Shown: in pieces, positions 27,948 to 35,797 of the stretch | Layout: every line of letters starts with the position of its first letter | Numbering within the stretch: position 1 is the stretch's first letter | DNA from: a virus | Lineage: Duplodnaviria > Heunggongvirae > Uroviricota > Caudoviricetes | Strand: one strand, 5' to 3' | Virus record (IMG/VR): IMGVR_UViG_2529292907_000021 | DNA: 42,935 nucleotides | Position numbers and translations under genes: made by a program | The notes under the pieces: model-generated | Told to the model about the DNA's origin: nothing | Seen by the model: the letters and a program-made list of their open reading frames with translations, nothing else | Database searches by the model: none

Positions 27948-28138
27948 GATGAATCCCTCTCGATGCTTTGAGAGGGATTATAGGTCAGGCTGCTATTTGT
28001 TTCGACTGACAAAATTCCGGCAATTTAGCACGTACTCAGTGCTTCAGCGACCGGCTGAGGAACTTCATCAGCTCAAGGTTGCGAAGAAGGAAACCGCCAA
28101 AGTGGAACTTCTGCTTAGAATAATTTATTGATAGAAGA

Positions 28139-28417
28139 TCAGTGAATAAAATCAGTTGGGACAGGTGTGACGCCGGATGAAATAATTAACTCAGGAAGCT
28201 CGCTACCATTCAAAGTTCTACCCACGCCTACAGCGTATGTTTCACCGTTAACCTGTATCAGATGCACATCGTAAGAACGGTGGGACCCAGCTGAAGGTGG
28301 AGAGTTGTTACTACCAATCGACGCCTCGAAAAAATTCAACCGCTGCTTGAGTTCAGTATCCTCATAAATTTCACCATCACGTCCAAAGCCAACAAGTAAA
28401 TATTTGATCATAGCCAT
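28139..28417 (-). CDS. Hypothetical phage protein (92 aa)
   Basis: ORF in the early-right operon orientation. Confidence 0.35.
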   Translation of the reverse strand: MAMIKYLLVGFGRDGEIYEDTELKQRLNFFEASIGSNNSPPSAGSHRSYDVHLIQVNGETYAVGVGRTLNGSELPELIISSGVTPVPTDFIH

Positions 28418-29106
28418 GCTAACCTCAGTTCCAAGTCGTTTTTGACCTTCAATCGCTACCTAGTGGGTAACTCCCAATAACTAAGGAATAGATCAGTAGC
28501 TTTTGCCCTTAATCTCAAGAACTTTCCTTGCCTTAGATGAAGAAATCAGCACTCGATCAAAATTTCTATTTTTTTCTCAATTATTGACATCCCTGCCAGG
28601 CCTTATAAGACGCGCGCTTAGCGATCCTCACCCTTTTTCAAGCTCAATTTAACCTCAAAATCAACTATTGTGCTGAAAAGAATCCCTACTACAATGGGCA
28701 TCAGGAAGCAAGATATAGCAAATGGAAGTCTAAAAAACGCAATATGTTGCGTTTGGTTGGAAGGCTAAATGCGGATATGAAAAACCCGGCTGATTAGACC
28801 GGGTCTTCAATCGGTAACAGAGTTACAGCTCCGTTGCCGTGCCGTAAAACACTGGCGACTTGAAGTAGCTTAATCAAATGCAGCGCATTCTTCAAGTAAC
28901 CAGGAACGCCCTGAAGCACTCTGGTACACCCAGTAACAACTTAGGGACTGATATAGCTGTGAATTTTTAGTCCGGGTTTTTGGTGATTCTTAAACCCCAC
29001 CCCAACAATTAATCGTGCCGTAAAACACTGGCGACACAGTGAAAACTGCAAAGGCAAGCCCATGGGTGTTTGCAGCTAGGCGCGATAAAACTAAGAGAGT
29101 CCCATA

Positions 29107-29190
29107 ATGGCTGACTTACTTATCAAAATCGTACCTCCGATTATCGTGATTGTTACTGCGATCATTGAGTACGTAAACCAGCGCCCGTAA
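29107..29190 (+). CDS. Small hydrophobic peptide (27 aa, MADLLIKIVPPIIVIVTAIIEYVNQRP), candidate small membrane protein or toxin
   Basis: ATG preceded by a purine-rich AAGAGAG element; single hydrophobic helix with polar C-terminus; an intrinsic terminator follows within 20 nt. Below the length threshold of the ORF track. Confidence 0.3.
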   Translation: MADLLIKIVPPIIVIVTAIIEYVNQRP

Positions 29191-29205
29191 GCATGGTATA
29201 GCCCA

Positions 29206-29243
29206 AAGGCCCAGAAATGGGCCTTTCCTTTTACGCAGCAATT
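29206..29243 (+). terminator. Intrinsic terminator after the 27-aa peptide ORF
   Basis: Hairpin AAGGCCCA-GAAA-TGGGCCTT followed by TCCTTTTAC. Confidence 0.5.
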
Positions 29244-29548
29244 CCCCTCAGGTTACACAGCTCAGGAAAATTAGCTCGCACCAAAGCCTCAGCAAACGGC
29301 GGAGGAACAGCGTTACCGCAGCGGGCAACCTGCTTATCCTTCACGTACTTCTTATCGCTGTAGTCCTGAATAATGATATACAACTAAGGAACATACAGCC
29401 TCATACCAAGATGTTCGGTACCCAGTATCAATTGACCTCAACACATAGCAAGAAGTTATTGCACTCGTTCTCAAAGTAAAACCACCTTGAAAAAGAGATA
29501 TCATTTTGATATCATGTCTTGAGAAACCTCTAGAGGTAAGGATTCATT

Positions 29549-29914
29549 ATGCCCTTAAGCACAGATGTTGATCGTGTGTTAACGTTCACTGAAAGACTTG
29601 AACAAATTTTAATGGAAATGGTCGAAAAACATGACCATTTCTTTGACTTCCTTCGAGTACGGGGTGGACAAAATCTTCCCCAAACTGTTTCAGTAAAAAA
29701 TGAAAAATTCAAAATTAGCATCCCATTGATTATGCTAATTTTGTTAATCACACGCTTAATAGTCTTCAAACTTGCGATTATGTATAAGCTCATAAGATCC
29801 AAAATGCTTGAAGTGAAAGCACTGTCTAAAGTAGGCCAAAACACGCATATCTATCTTTTTGATTTAGATACAGTTCGGAAATTGAACATTAAGGAGACCT
29901 TATGTCACGCATGA
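29549..29914 (+). CDS. First gene of plus-strand cargo operon, unknown function (121 aa; C-terminal half hydrophobic)
   Basis: AGGTAAGGA RBS before the ATG; preceded by a perfect inverted repeat GATATCA-N4-TGATATC (operator-like) and a TTGACC -35-like element; AT-rich. Confidence 0.35.
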   Translation: MPLSTDVDRVLTFTERLEQILMEMVEKHDHFFDFLRVRGGQNLPQTVSVKNEKFKISIPLIMLILLITRLIVFKLAIMYKLIRSKMLEVKALSKVGQNTHIYLFDLDTVRKLNIKETLCHA

Positions 29915-30177
29915 AAAAGCCTGACAGCTTTCTCCTTAGATTCAAAGAAGAAGATGGTATCAACGGTATCAGTTCTGAATCCTTTGAAAAACTAATGAAA
30001 GCTACTGGCATGAGTAAAACAGACCTCATGCATTTTGCACTCGTAAACTTAGTGGAAAAATACATCCCGGCTTATGAGCAAGATGATGGGCCCTTGACCG
30101 AAGCTCAATTCCGGACACTACATGAAAGATCGAAAACTAACCAAACGCCGGATGAGAGTTTCGAAATGCTATTGTAG
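29902..30177 (+). CDS. Putative antitoxin-like small protein (ribbon-helix-helix-like), second gene of cargo operon
   Basis: AAGGAG RBS; 91 aa; a predicted beta-strand (FLLRF) followed by helices (ESFEKLMKATGMSKTDLMHFALVNLVEKY) is consistent with an RHH fold; sits immediately upstream of the MazF-like gene. Confidence 0.4.
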   Translation: MSRMKKPDSFLLRFKEEDGINGISSESFEKLMKATGMSKTDLMHFALVNLVEKYIPAYEQDDGPLTEAQFRTLHERSKTNQTPDESFEMLL

Positions 30178-30185
30178 GTATAAAA

Positions 30186-30587
30186 ATGCATTCGAAAATA
30201 GAACCATTGCCAAAGACCGGCGATATTGTTTGGCTACAACCATCTGAAGAATGGGGAGTTGATACTCCCAAAAGGAGACCAGGTGTGGTATTAGGTGTAT
30301 CGAAACTAAGGCATGAAATCATAGTTGCATTCGGTACGAGCCAAAAAACACACAAACTCTACCCATCAGAGTTTCTTATTCAAAAAGCTGATGGCGATGA
30401 TGTTTTTGGTCTATCTGGGTTAAGCTACGATACTAAATTTGACTTAGCCAGAACATCTATCCTGCCTTTTACTACAGAGTTTTTCTCTAAGGCACCAAGA
30501 AAAAATAATGTCCCTTATCCAAAGCTTGGTAGTGTTCATATAACGTACTACAAAGCGATGTGCAAGGCGAAAAACAATAGTAATTGA
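30186..30587 (+). CDS. MazF/PemK-family toxin-like protein (putative endoribonuclease)
   Basis: Motif GDIVWLQPSEEWGVDTPKRRPGVVLGV...IIVAFGTSQ aligns by eye with the MazF/PemK N-terminal signature (GDLIWVDFDPTKGSEQAGHRPAVVL...CVPCTTQ). Confidence 0.55.
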   Translation: MHSKIEPLPKTGDIVWLQPSEEWGVDTPKRRPGVVLGVSKLRHEIIVAFGTSQKTHKLYPSEFLIQKADGDDVFGLSGLSYDTKFDLARTSILPFTTEFFSKAPRKNNVPYPKLGSVHITYYKAMCKAKNNSN

Positions 30588-30594
30588 CTTCTGA

Positions 30595-30626
30595 AGTGCT
30601 GTAGTATCCACTACAGCACAATTTTC
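30595..30626 (+). terminator. Intrinsic terminator ending the plus-strand cargo operon
   Basis: Hairpin GTGCTGTAG-TATCCA-CTACAGCAC followed by AATTTTCT. Confidence 0.5.
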
Positions 30627-30729
30627 TAAGCAATCAATAAACTTACTATTTCAAATCATTCCCCCTGCCCCAATAGGATCTGATCGCGTTCGTCATCGGT
30701 TACTGGTGCTGACTCAGTTAAGTTAATTT

Positions 30730-31215
30730 TCATACCGAACCGCTTTTAACAAAGATAATCCAGTGAGTTTTGTCGTTCTTTCCGGTACGCTGACCAATTG
30801 CAGGTTTCACATCTGTAAGTGCCAAAATCTGGCTAACAGGGATCTGCGTCTCGTTCCATTTGAATATGAGAACGCCGTGTGGCCACAGTACGCGAAAAGC
30901 CTCTTTGAATCCGCTTCGTAAATCAGAACGCCACGTTTTTTTGTTCAGTCGCCCGTATTTTTTACCCATCCAGGCAGACTGGCCAACGCGCTCGAGGTGC
31001 GGCGGGTCAAACACCACAACCGGAAAAGAAGAATCAGCGAACGGCAGTGAACGAAAATCGGCAATCAGGTCGGGACTGATAACCAGGCGGCGACCGTCGC
31101 ACAGTTCGTGCTCTTCGGCGCGGATATCAGTGAACACGGCGCGGGTGTCCTGCTTGTTGAACCAGAACATGCGGGAGCCGCAGCACATATCAAGAATCGT
31201 CGTGCTGTCGGTCAT
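30730..31215 (-). CDS. Small putative SAM-dependent DNA methyltransferase (start chosen at ATG overlapping upstream stop)
   Basis: Contains a motif I-like ILDMCCGSR and a motif IV-like VVVFDPPH (DPPH/DPPY class of amino-methyltransferases); ATGA overlap with the upstream gene. Confidence 0.4.
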   Translation of the reverse strand: MTDSTTILDMCCGSRMFWFNKQDTRAVFTDIRAEEHELCDGRRLVISPDLIADFRSLPFADSSFPVVVFDPPHLERVGQSAWMGKKYGRLNKKTWRSDLRSGFKEAFRVLWPHGVLIFKWNETQIPVSQILALTDVKPAIGQRTGKNDKTHWIIFVKSGSV

Positions 31216-31523
31216 ACTGATGTTCTCCCGTAAAACGCCAGAACCCGCTGCATCGCCGGACTTGTGCGGCATACTGATGCGACCACGTTTTTTCTCATGC
31301 TCGATTTGAGCTGCTTGATGTTCAGATCCCCGCCGGGCTGAAGCATGTAGACCGGGTGATGCGGATCGCCAGTGCGGATAACTACCGCTCTGCGTACCAG
31401 GTGAAGCAGCAGGTTGTGTGCCTTCTTGCAGTCGCATCCCAGAAGGTTCTGAACCTGACGCGGCGTTACGGTCTGGTTAGCCTGAAGAAAATCAACGATT
31501 GCCCACAGTGATTTGCTTGCCAT
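31212..31523 (-). CDS. Hypothetical phage protein (103 aa), downstream of the DnaC-like gene
   Basis: ORF in operon orientation, translationally coupled to the methyltransferase-like gene. Confidence 0.35.
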   Translation of the reverse strand: MASKSLWAIVDFLQANQTVTPRQVQNLLGCDCKKAHNLLLHLVRRAVVIRTGDPHHPVYMLQPGGDLNIKQLKSSMRKNVVASVCRTSPAMQRVLAFYGRTSV

Positions 31524-31541
31524 AGTGATTTGCCCTCGAAG

Positions 31542-32291
31542 TTATTTAACGATCCGGAGATGACTAACGTTCTTGCGATAGCTGCCCCAGTCAAAGTTCA
31601 CCCACATTCCGCCATCCATCTGGAGGCGATCGATAACCCGCGCACCCAATGCGCCGAGAAGTTCGTAATGGTTCAGATTCGTCAGAACGCCAACCGGGCG
31701 CATCGACGACAGCCGACGATCGATAACCTGATTCAGAATGACTTTCTCCCCGTTGCTACCGCGCTGAATACCGACTTCATCCAGCACCAGCAGATCGACT
31801 TTGCAGAGGTCATCCAGAAGTGAAGCCTCGGATTGACCACCGTCGTAGCACTCGCGAACGCGTAGCATCAGGTCAGGGATTGTCACCACCAGCACTGATT
31901 GGCCACCGGACAGGAGATGATTTCCGATCGCTGCTGCCAGATGGTTTTTCCCGGTACCAGGTCCACCGCTAAACACGAAGCTCGCAAAGCCAGCACCAAA
32001 GTTCTGTGCGTAGCTTTTCGCCATGGTGTAGGCCTTGCGCTGTTGCTCACCGGATACTTCGTAGTTGGCGAACGTGCAGCTGCGGTGCAGGCCCTGGATG
32101 CCAGAACGCCCGAAGATTTTCTCTGTGCGCGCTTTCTGATTCCGCTTGCCCAGCTCTTCGCAATGTTTCAAGCCTTCTTCCCGCTGCCACGCCAGCAGTT
32201 CTGCTGCATTGGTGAACTTCGGCTGTACGCCTGGCGGAATGAGTTTCTTCAGGCGCTCAAGAGCGCTGCCGGAATTAACAATGTTTTTCAC
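31542..32291 (-). CDS. Replication protein, DnaC-like helicase loader (IstB-like AAA+ ATPase)
   Basis: Walker A motif GGPGTGKNHLAAAI and Walker B-like LLVLDEVG; 249 aa; immediately downstream of the O-like initiator. Confidence 0.75.
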   Translation of the reverse strand: MKNIVNSGSALERLKKLIPPGVQPKFTNAAELLAWQREEGLKHCEELGKRNQKARTEKIFGRSGIQGLHRSCTFANYEVSGEQQRKAYTMAKSYAQNFGAGFASFVFSGGPGTGKNHLAAAIGNHLLSGGQSVLVVTIPDLMLRVRECYDGGQSEASLLDDLCKVDLLVLDEVGIQRGSNGEKVILNQVIDRRLSSMRPVGVLTNLNHYELLGALGARVIDRLQMDGGMWVNFDWGSYRKNVSHLRIVK

Positions 32292-32293
32292 CG

Positions 32294-33238
32294 TTACCCC
32301 CTGAATCCGGTTGGGATGGTTTTATCTGGCTCAGAAATGCGGTTCACATCCCTTCCCGTTTTGCGGTCGTTGAGAGCGAACTTCGGTTTGAACAGTCCCT
32401 GGTAGCCGTTGGCGATACTGGTGTTGATCACGTCAACCGGGTCATGCCCTGCGTCCAGGCATGCCTTCAGCAACTTGAACGCTTTGGTGACCGTCAGTTC
32501 GGTCTTGATGGCTTTGCCAGACTGCTGGCGATAGGAAACCCACTCACCCCAGGACACAGAATCAAGCCACTCAGGAACGAGAATTGTCAGCGGGTCAAAC
32601 TTCACCTTCCCCCCTGGGGGATTAGAGGGGGTTAGATCTGTTTTTATATTTGTCTTTGGAAGAATGTCTTTGGTGTTCCCTGTTTTCAGGGATACCTCTC
32701 CCTGTTTTTGGGGATGGTTATCCCCGTTTTCAGGGATAGCTGAAGGGGTAAAATTGCTATCCCTGAATTCGGGGATGGTAATAACCCATGTAACAACTTC
32801 AGCAGCAGGAAACACCGCTGGACACTTCATGCAATTTGGCTTGGTATACGCCCATTTATCCAGGCTGGTATTAATCCCAATGTATCTGGTTTGCCCAATG
32901 CGGCGCAGGATGATGATGTTCCGATAGGCTAGGCTCAGCACGGCTTCTGAGACGTGTTTCACCTTAAGCGTCGTTTTGTCTGCAATGAGGCTATTGGCGA
33001 TGCGGTCCGAACTCTTGGACCAGCCATAGGTCAGACGAACGATAGCGTTCAGCACCCGGAACTCACGCCCGGATAGTTCGACGATACACAGGGCATCCTG
33101 AATCTGGTTGGCCAGGCGCAAATAGCCTTTCTCCAGCTCAGCCATGCTGCTCTCCTGTTTCCCCTGCTGCGTGGGGAATTTGAATATTTCAGCGGTATTT
33201 GACATACTGTTCTCCGCAATTACCTTCCGTTTTTGCAC
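32294..33238 (-). CDS. Replication initiator O-like protein (contains origin iterons); start uncertain
   Basis: 314-aa ORF upstream of the DnaC-like gene; its coding sequence contains four ~18-bp iterons resembling lambda ori repeats. Confidence 0.6.
   Translation of the reverse strand: MQKRKVIAENSMSNTAEIFKFPTQQGKQESSMAELEKGYLRLANQIQDALCIVELSGREFRVLNAIVRLTYGWSKSSDRIANSLIADKTTLKVKHVSEAVLSLAYRNIIILRRIGQTRYIGINTSLDKWAYTKPNCMKCPAVFPAAEVVTWVITIPEFRDSNFTPSAIPENGDNHPQKQGEVSLKTGNTKDILPKTNIKTDLTPSNPPGGKVKFDPLTILVPEWLDSVSWGEWVSYRQQSGKAIKTELTVTKAFKLLKACLDAGHDPVDVINTSIANGYQGLFKPKFALNDRKTGRDVNRISEPDKTIPTGFRG
32680..32790 (-). repeat. Origin-of-replication iterons (four ~18-bp repeats, consensus near TCCCTGTTTTCAGGGATA) with adjacent AT-rich stretch
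   Basis: Plus-strand copies: TCCCTGTTTTCAGGGATA, TCCCTGTTTTTGGGGATGG, ATCCCCGTTTTCAGGGATA, ATCCCTGAATTCGGGGATGG; the AT-rich segment at ~32630-32670 lies downstream in the O-gene direction, as in lambda ori. Confidence 0.6.
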
Positions 33239-33289
33239 CTGAAAGCCGTTGGTGTTCTAGCACCGCGGCTTTCGCCATTTTTGAACCCG

Positions 33290-33829
33290 TCATACAGCCC
33301 CCAGCATCAACTGCACCATCTCCATCAGCGGACCGGTTAAGCCAGGGTCAACGCGGTACATCTCCACGATCCCCTCGCTCAGCTCTTTCAGCTTCTGATG
33401 ACGCGGCGCATCCATTGCGACAGCTATCTTCGCTTCGCTGGTTTCCTTCTCCATACGTGCCAGACGGGCCATGACGTTGTCTTCTGGCAGCAGGCGACTG
33501 CGGTACACAATCGGCAGAACGGCGAGGATTGCAGGAGTCAGCTGGCGGACGTTCTCGCGGTAACGTTCGCTGTTGAAATGGTTATCCAGGAAGCGGAAAA
33601 GCTTCTGGCGCTTTCGGCAGAGATCGTCAGGGAAAGTGATGTCATCACCACCCTGTGCCTGGTACTCTTCGATGATCAGAGCCGTAACTACGTCCTGACC
33701 ATCGGCACCAGCCCAGGAGCGGACCGCGTCACGAATATCTTCGTGGCTCGGCCCCCTACGTGCTTGAGCGCGATTTATCATTACCCCTTGAGTAATGTCG
33801 CTATCATTCTGGTAAGTAAGTGTCTGCAT
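33290..33829 (-). CDS. YdaT-like early regulatory protein (Rac-type immunity region)
   Basis: Segments IIEEYQAQGG and QLTPAILAVLPIVYRSRL resemble Rac YdaT as recalled; located immediately after the Cro/YdaS-like gene. Confidence 0.5.
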   Translation of the reverse strand: MQTLTYQNDSDITQGVMINRAQARRGPSHEDIRDAVRSWAGADGQDVVTALIIEEYQAQGGDDITFPDDLCRKRQKLFRFLDNHFNSERYRENVRQLTPAILAVLPIVYRSRLLPEDNVMARLARMEKETSEAKIAVAMDAPRHQKLKELSEGIVEMYRVDPGLTGPLMEMVQLMLGAV

Positions 33830-33840
33830 GGTTAATGCTC

Positions 33841-34050
33841 CTACTTTGGTAAACCGTCAGTGGGATTTGGGTAGAGATCTGGGCGCAGCTCGTGTGGCGT
33901 TACGCCGGTTGCCTCAAACACTGGTAGCACTCGTTCGGCAGGAATTCCTTTACGGCGCCACAGCGAAACAGCCATTTTTGAAACGCCGATCAAAGCTCCA
34001 AGCGCGCTGGCCGAGCCAGATCGGAGAATTGCATTTTCAATACCAGTCAT
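33841..34050 (-). CDS. Cro/YdaS-like HTH regulator
   Basis: 69-aa protein with HTH (SALGALIGVSKMAVSLWRRKGIP) and the ...HELRPDLYP tail typical of the YdaS/Cro-like family; divergent from the repressor gene. Confidence 0.6.
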   Translation of the reverse strand: MTGIENAILRSGSASALGALIGVSKMAVSLWRRKGIPAERVLPVFEATGVTPHELRPDLYPNPTDGLPK

Positions 34051-34147
34051 AGGACCTCCTTAAGTGAGCAAAGTAAAGCACCAATTTACTATTGAGTCAA
34101 TACACGCCTGCCTACCAACTGGTAAAGCTATTGTTTACAATCCCTAC

Positions 34148-34531
34148 ATGAACAAAAAAGATCCTAACCAGAGCCTTATTTCCAGGCTGACTGAATTGAA
34201 TGGCAAAGGCTTCTCAAAAACAGAGATGGCCAAGGTTGCTAATGTCAGTAAGCAGGCGGTAACCGGATGGTTTAGAACCGGTAAAATCAGCAAAGAATCT
34301 GCCCTCGCTGTTGCAGACGCTGCTGGCGTGTCTGTGCCATGGCTACTCGGCGAGGATGTTGGAGAGAAAGACGGCCTTAAGCCGGACGAACAGCGCCTGC
34401 TGGAGCTCTATCGCCAGTTGCCGGAAGAAGAGCAGCAGAACATGCTCCGCATCTTTGCCATTCGCCTGAAAGAGTTGGACGAGTTGTATGAGAAATACAT
34501 GAAGGGGCGTATTCGTTCTCAGGGAGAGTGA
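34148..34531 (+). CDS. DicA/RacR-like prophage repressor (HTH, no peptidase domain); start chosen at internal ATG
   Basis: HTH LISRLTELNGKGFSKTEMAKVANVSKQAVTGW and a C-terminal region (LKPDEQRLLELYRQLPEEEQQNMLRIFAIRLKEL) resembling DicA as recalled; the internal start leaves a ~97-bp divergent control region with the cro-like gene. Confidence 0.6.
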   Translation: MNKKDPNQSLISRLTELNGKGFSKTEMAKVANVSKQAVTGWFRTGKISKESALAVADAAGVSVPWLLGEDVGEKDGLKPDEQRLLELYRQLPEEEQQNMLRIFAIRLKELDELYEKYMKGRIRSQGE

Positions 34532-34700
34532 TGTGTTCTGGTCGGAGAATGGCTGGTAGTGAACGGCGTGGCATTGCGCCAAGGCAATTAATTCAACCTC
34601 TTAGTCGCCATATCCCATAAAGGATTCCGGCTAAATTTGTTACCGATACTACCAATGCAATTGTGGCAAAAATATCTGAACCGGACATAAGGAAATCTCC

Positions 34701-35132
34701 ATGAGTTATAGCGACATTGTTGCAACTATTGCAATGATTGTATCTATCACTGCTGTTCCTGCAAGTGGTTATTTAAGCTATCGTTACGCAATTGAGGGAG
34801 AAAAGAGGAAGGAGTGGAATGGTGTTGTTGAGCCAATTCTTGAGTATTTAGAGGGGCATGAACTATTTCTAAGCAAAAAGAAATGCCCTGATTATACTTT
34901 CCACAGCTTTCCATCAAAAAACTGGGATGCAGCGATTAGAAGATCTAAAGATCCAAAAAAATACCAACAAGCGCTTCAAGATTACCGGTCAGTATTGAAT
35001 GAAATAAAAACATCTCCGGCACCAGTTATTTATTTTGGGCAATCTGAGTCTGAGCGCGAGGAGTGGATTGACCGATACCCTGACGGGATAAACAGGCTTA
35101 ATGAACTAATGACAATTCTAGCGTTGAAATAA
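34701..35132 (+). CDS. Membrane-anchored protein in the sieB/rex position downstream of the repressor (candidate superinfection exclusion or abortive infection protein)
   Basis: 143 aa, N-terminal TM helix (IVATIAMIVSITAVPASGYL); AAGGAAAT RBS; AT-rich; followed by a strong terminator. Confidence 0.45.
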   Translation: MSYSDIVATIAMIVSITAVPASGYLSYRYAIEGEKRKEWNGVVEPILEYLEGHELFLSKKKCPDYTFHSFPSKNWDAAIRRSKDPKKYQQALQDYRSVLNEIKTSPAPVIYFGQSESEREEWIDRYPDGINRLNELMTILALK

Positions 35133-35158
35133 CCCGGCCACCGAGCCGGGTTTTTTAT
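35131..35158 (+). terminator. Strong intrinsic terminator
   Basis: Hairpin CCCGGC-CACCGA-GCCGGG followed by TTTTTTAT. Confidence 0.7.
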
Positions 35159-35579
35159 ACCCCCCACCGGATCGCCTCCAAGCGTCTGCCCCGAACTCCC
35201 CAATCCCGGCCTTAGCGTCGGGATTTTTTTTGTCTTCTATTGCTCAATTTCATACTCCAAAACAATCAGGTAAAGCATTGCTGTACTTTTTATCACCTCA
35301 TTGCTTGACCATTTAGTAAAGTGGTGATTTACTAGTATCACCAAGACGCACCACGAACCACTCAGGCAGGACGCCCACGAAGTAGCCGCCGACGGCATAT
35401 GAATAGTCGGATGAGGTGGTTAGATTAACGCGCATCAGGTTTAACGCTCAGCTGGCCGGCTATAAGGCAAAACAGAAGTGAGCTTCGCGGTGGTGAACTG
35501 CAGAGTTAAATCGCTCAACTGTGAAGATCAGCACCACGGCACCACCAGCGAAGTTCACTCAGCAATAGTGGAGAACATC

Positions 35580-35786
35580 ATGGTTCATCAGCACTACGGT
35601 ACACAGACGGTAAACCGCGGCGCGGTTCAGCCTGGAATGCTCGTCAAACACAAGGATTCAACCTGGACGGCATCAGCTAATGCTCGTGGTCGTTTGTATC
35701 TGCATCGCGGCGTTGAGATGACTTACACCAGGGATTTGCTGGTTGAAGTTTATCTGAACGGTCTGGGGAATGGCCTCAGCCATTAA
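35580..35786 (+). CDS. Small hypothetical early-left protein (68 aa; KilR-like position)
   Basis: Internal ATG with GGAG RBS 7 nt upstream; the longer GTG-initiated ORF (35478) lacks an RBS. Confidence 0.3.
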   Translation: MVHQHYGTQTVNRGAVQPGMLVKHKDSTWTASANARGRLYLHRGVEMTYTRDLLVEVYLNGLGNGLSH

Positions 35787-35797
35787 CGGAGAGTGTC

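Noticed and set aside
28838-29034. Possible CRISPR array suggested by the 22-bp direct repeat
   Set aside because: Only two copies, ~170 bp apart (far longer than a spacer), and no cas genes nearby; not a CRISPR array.
29530-29844. Minus-strand ORF of 104 aa overlapping the first cargo-operon gene
   Set aside because: Antisense to a plus-strand gene that has a strong RBS and operon context; low-complexity translation; likely spurious.
34064-34147. Upstream ATG start for the repressor (34064)
   Set aside because: It would leave only 13 bp between the divergent repressor and cro-like genes, with no room for promoters or operators; the internal ATG at 34148 aligns with the DicA N-terminus and restores a ~97-bp control region.
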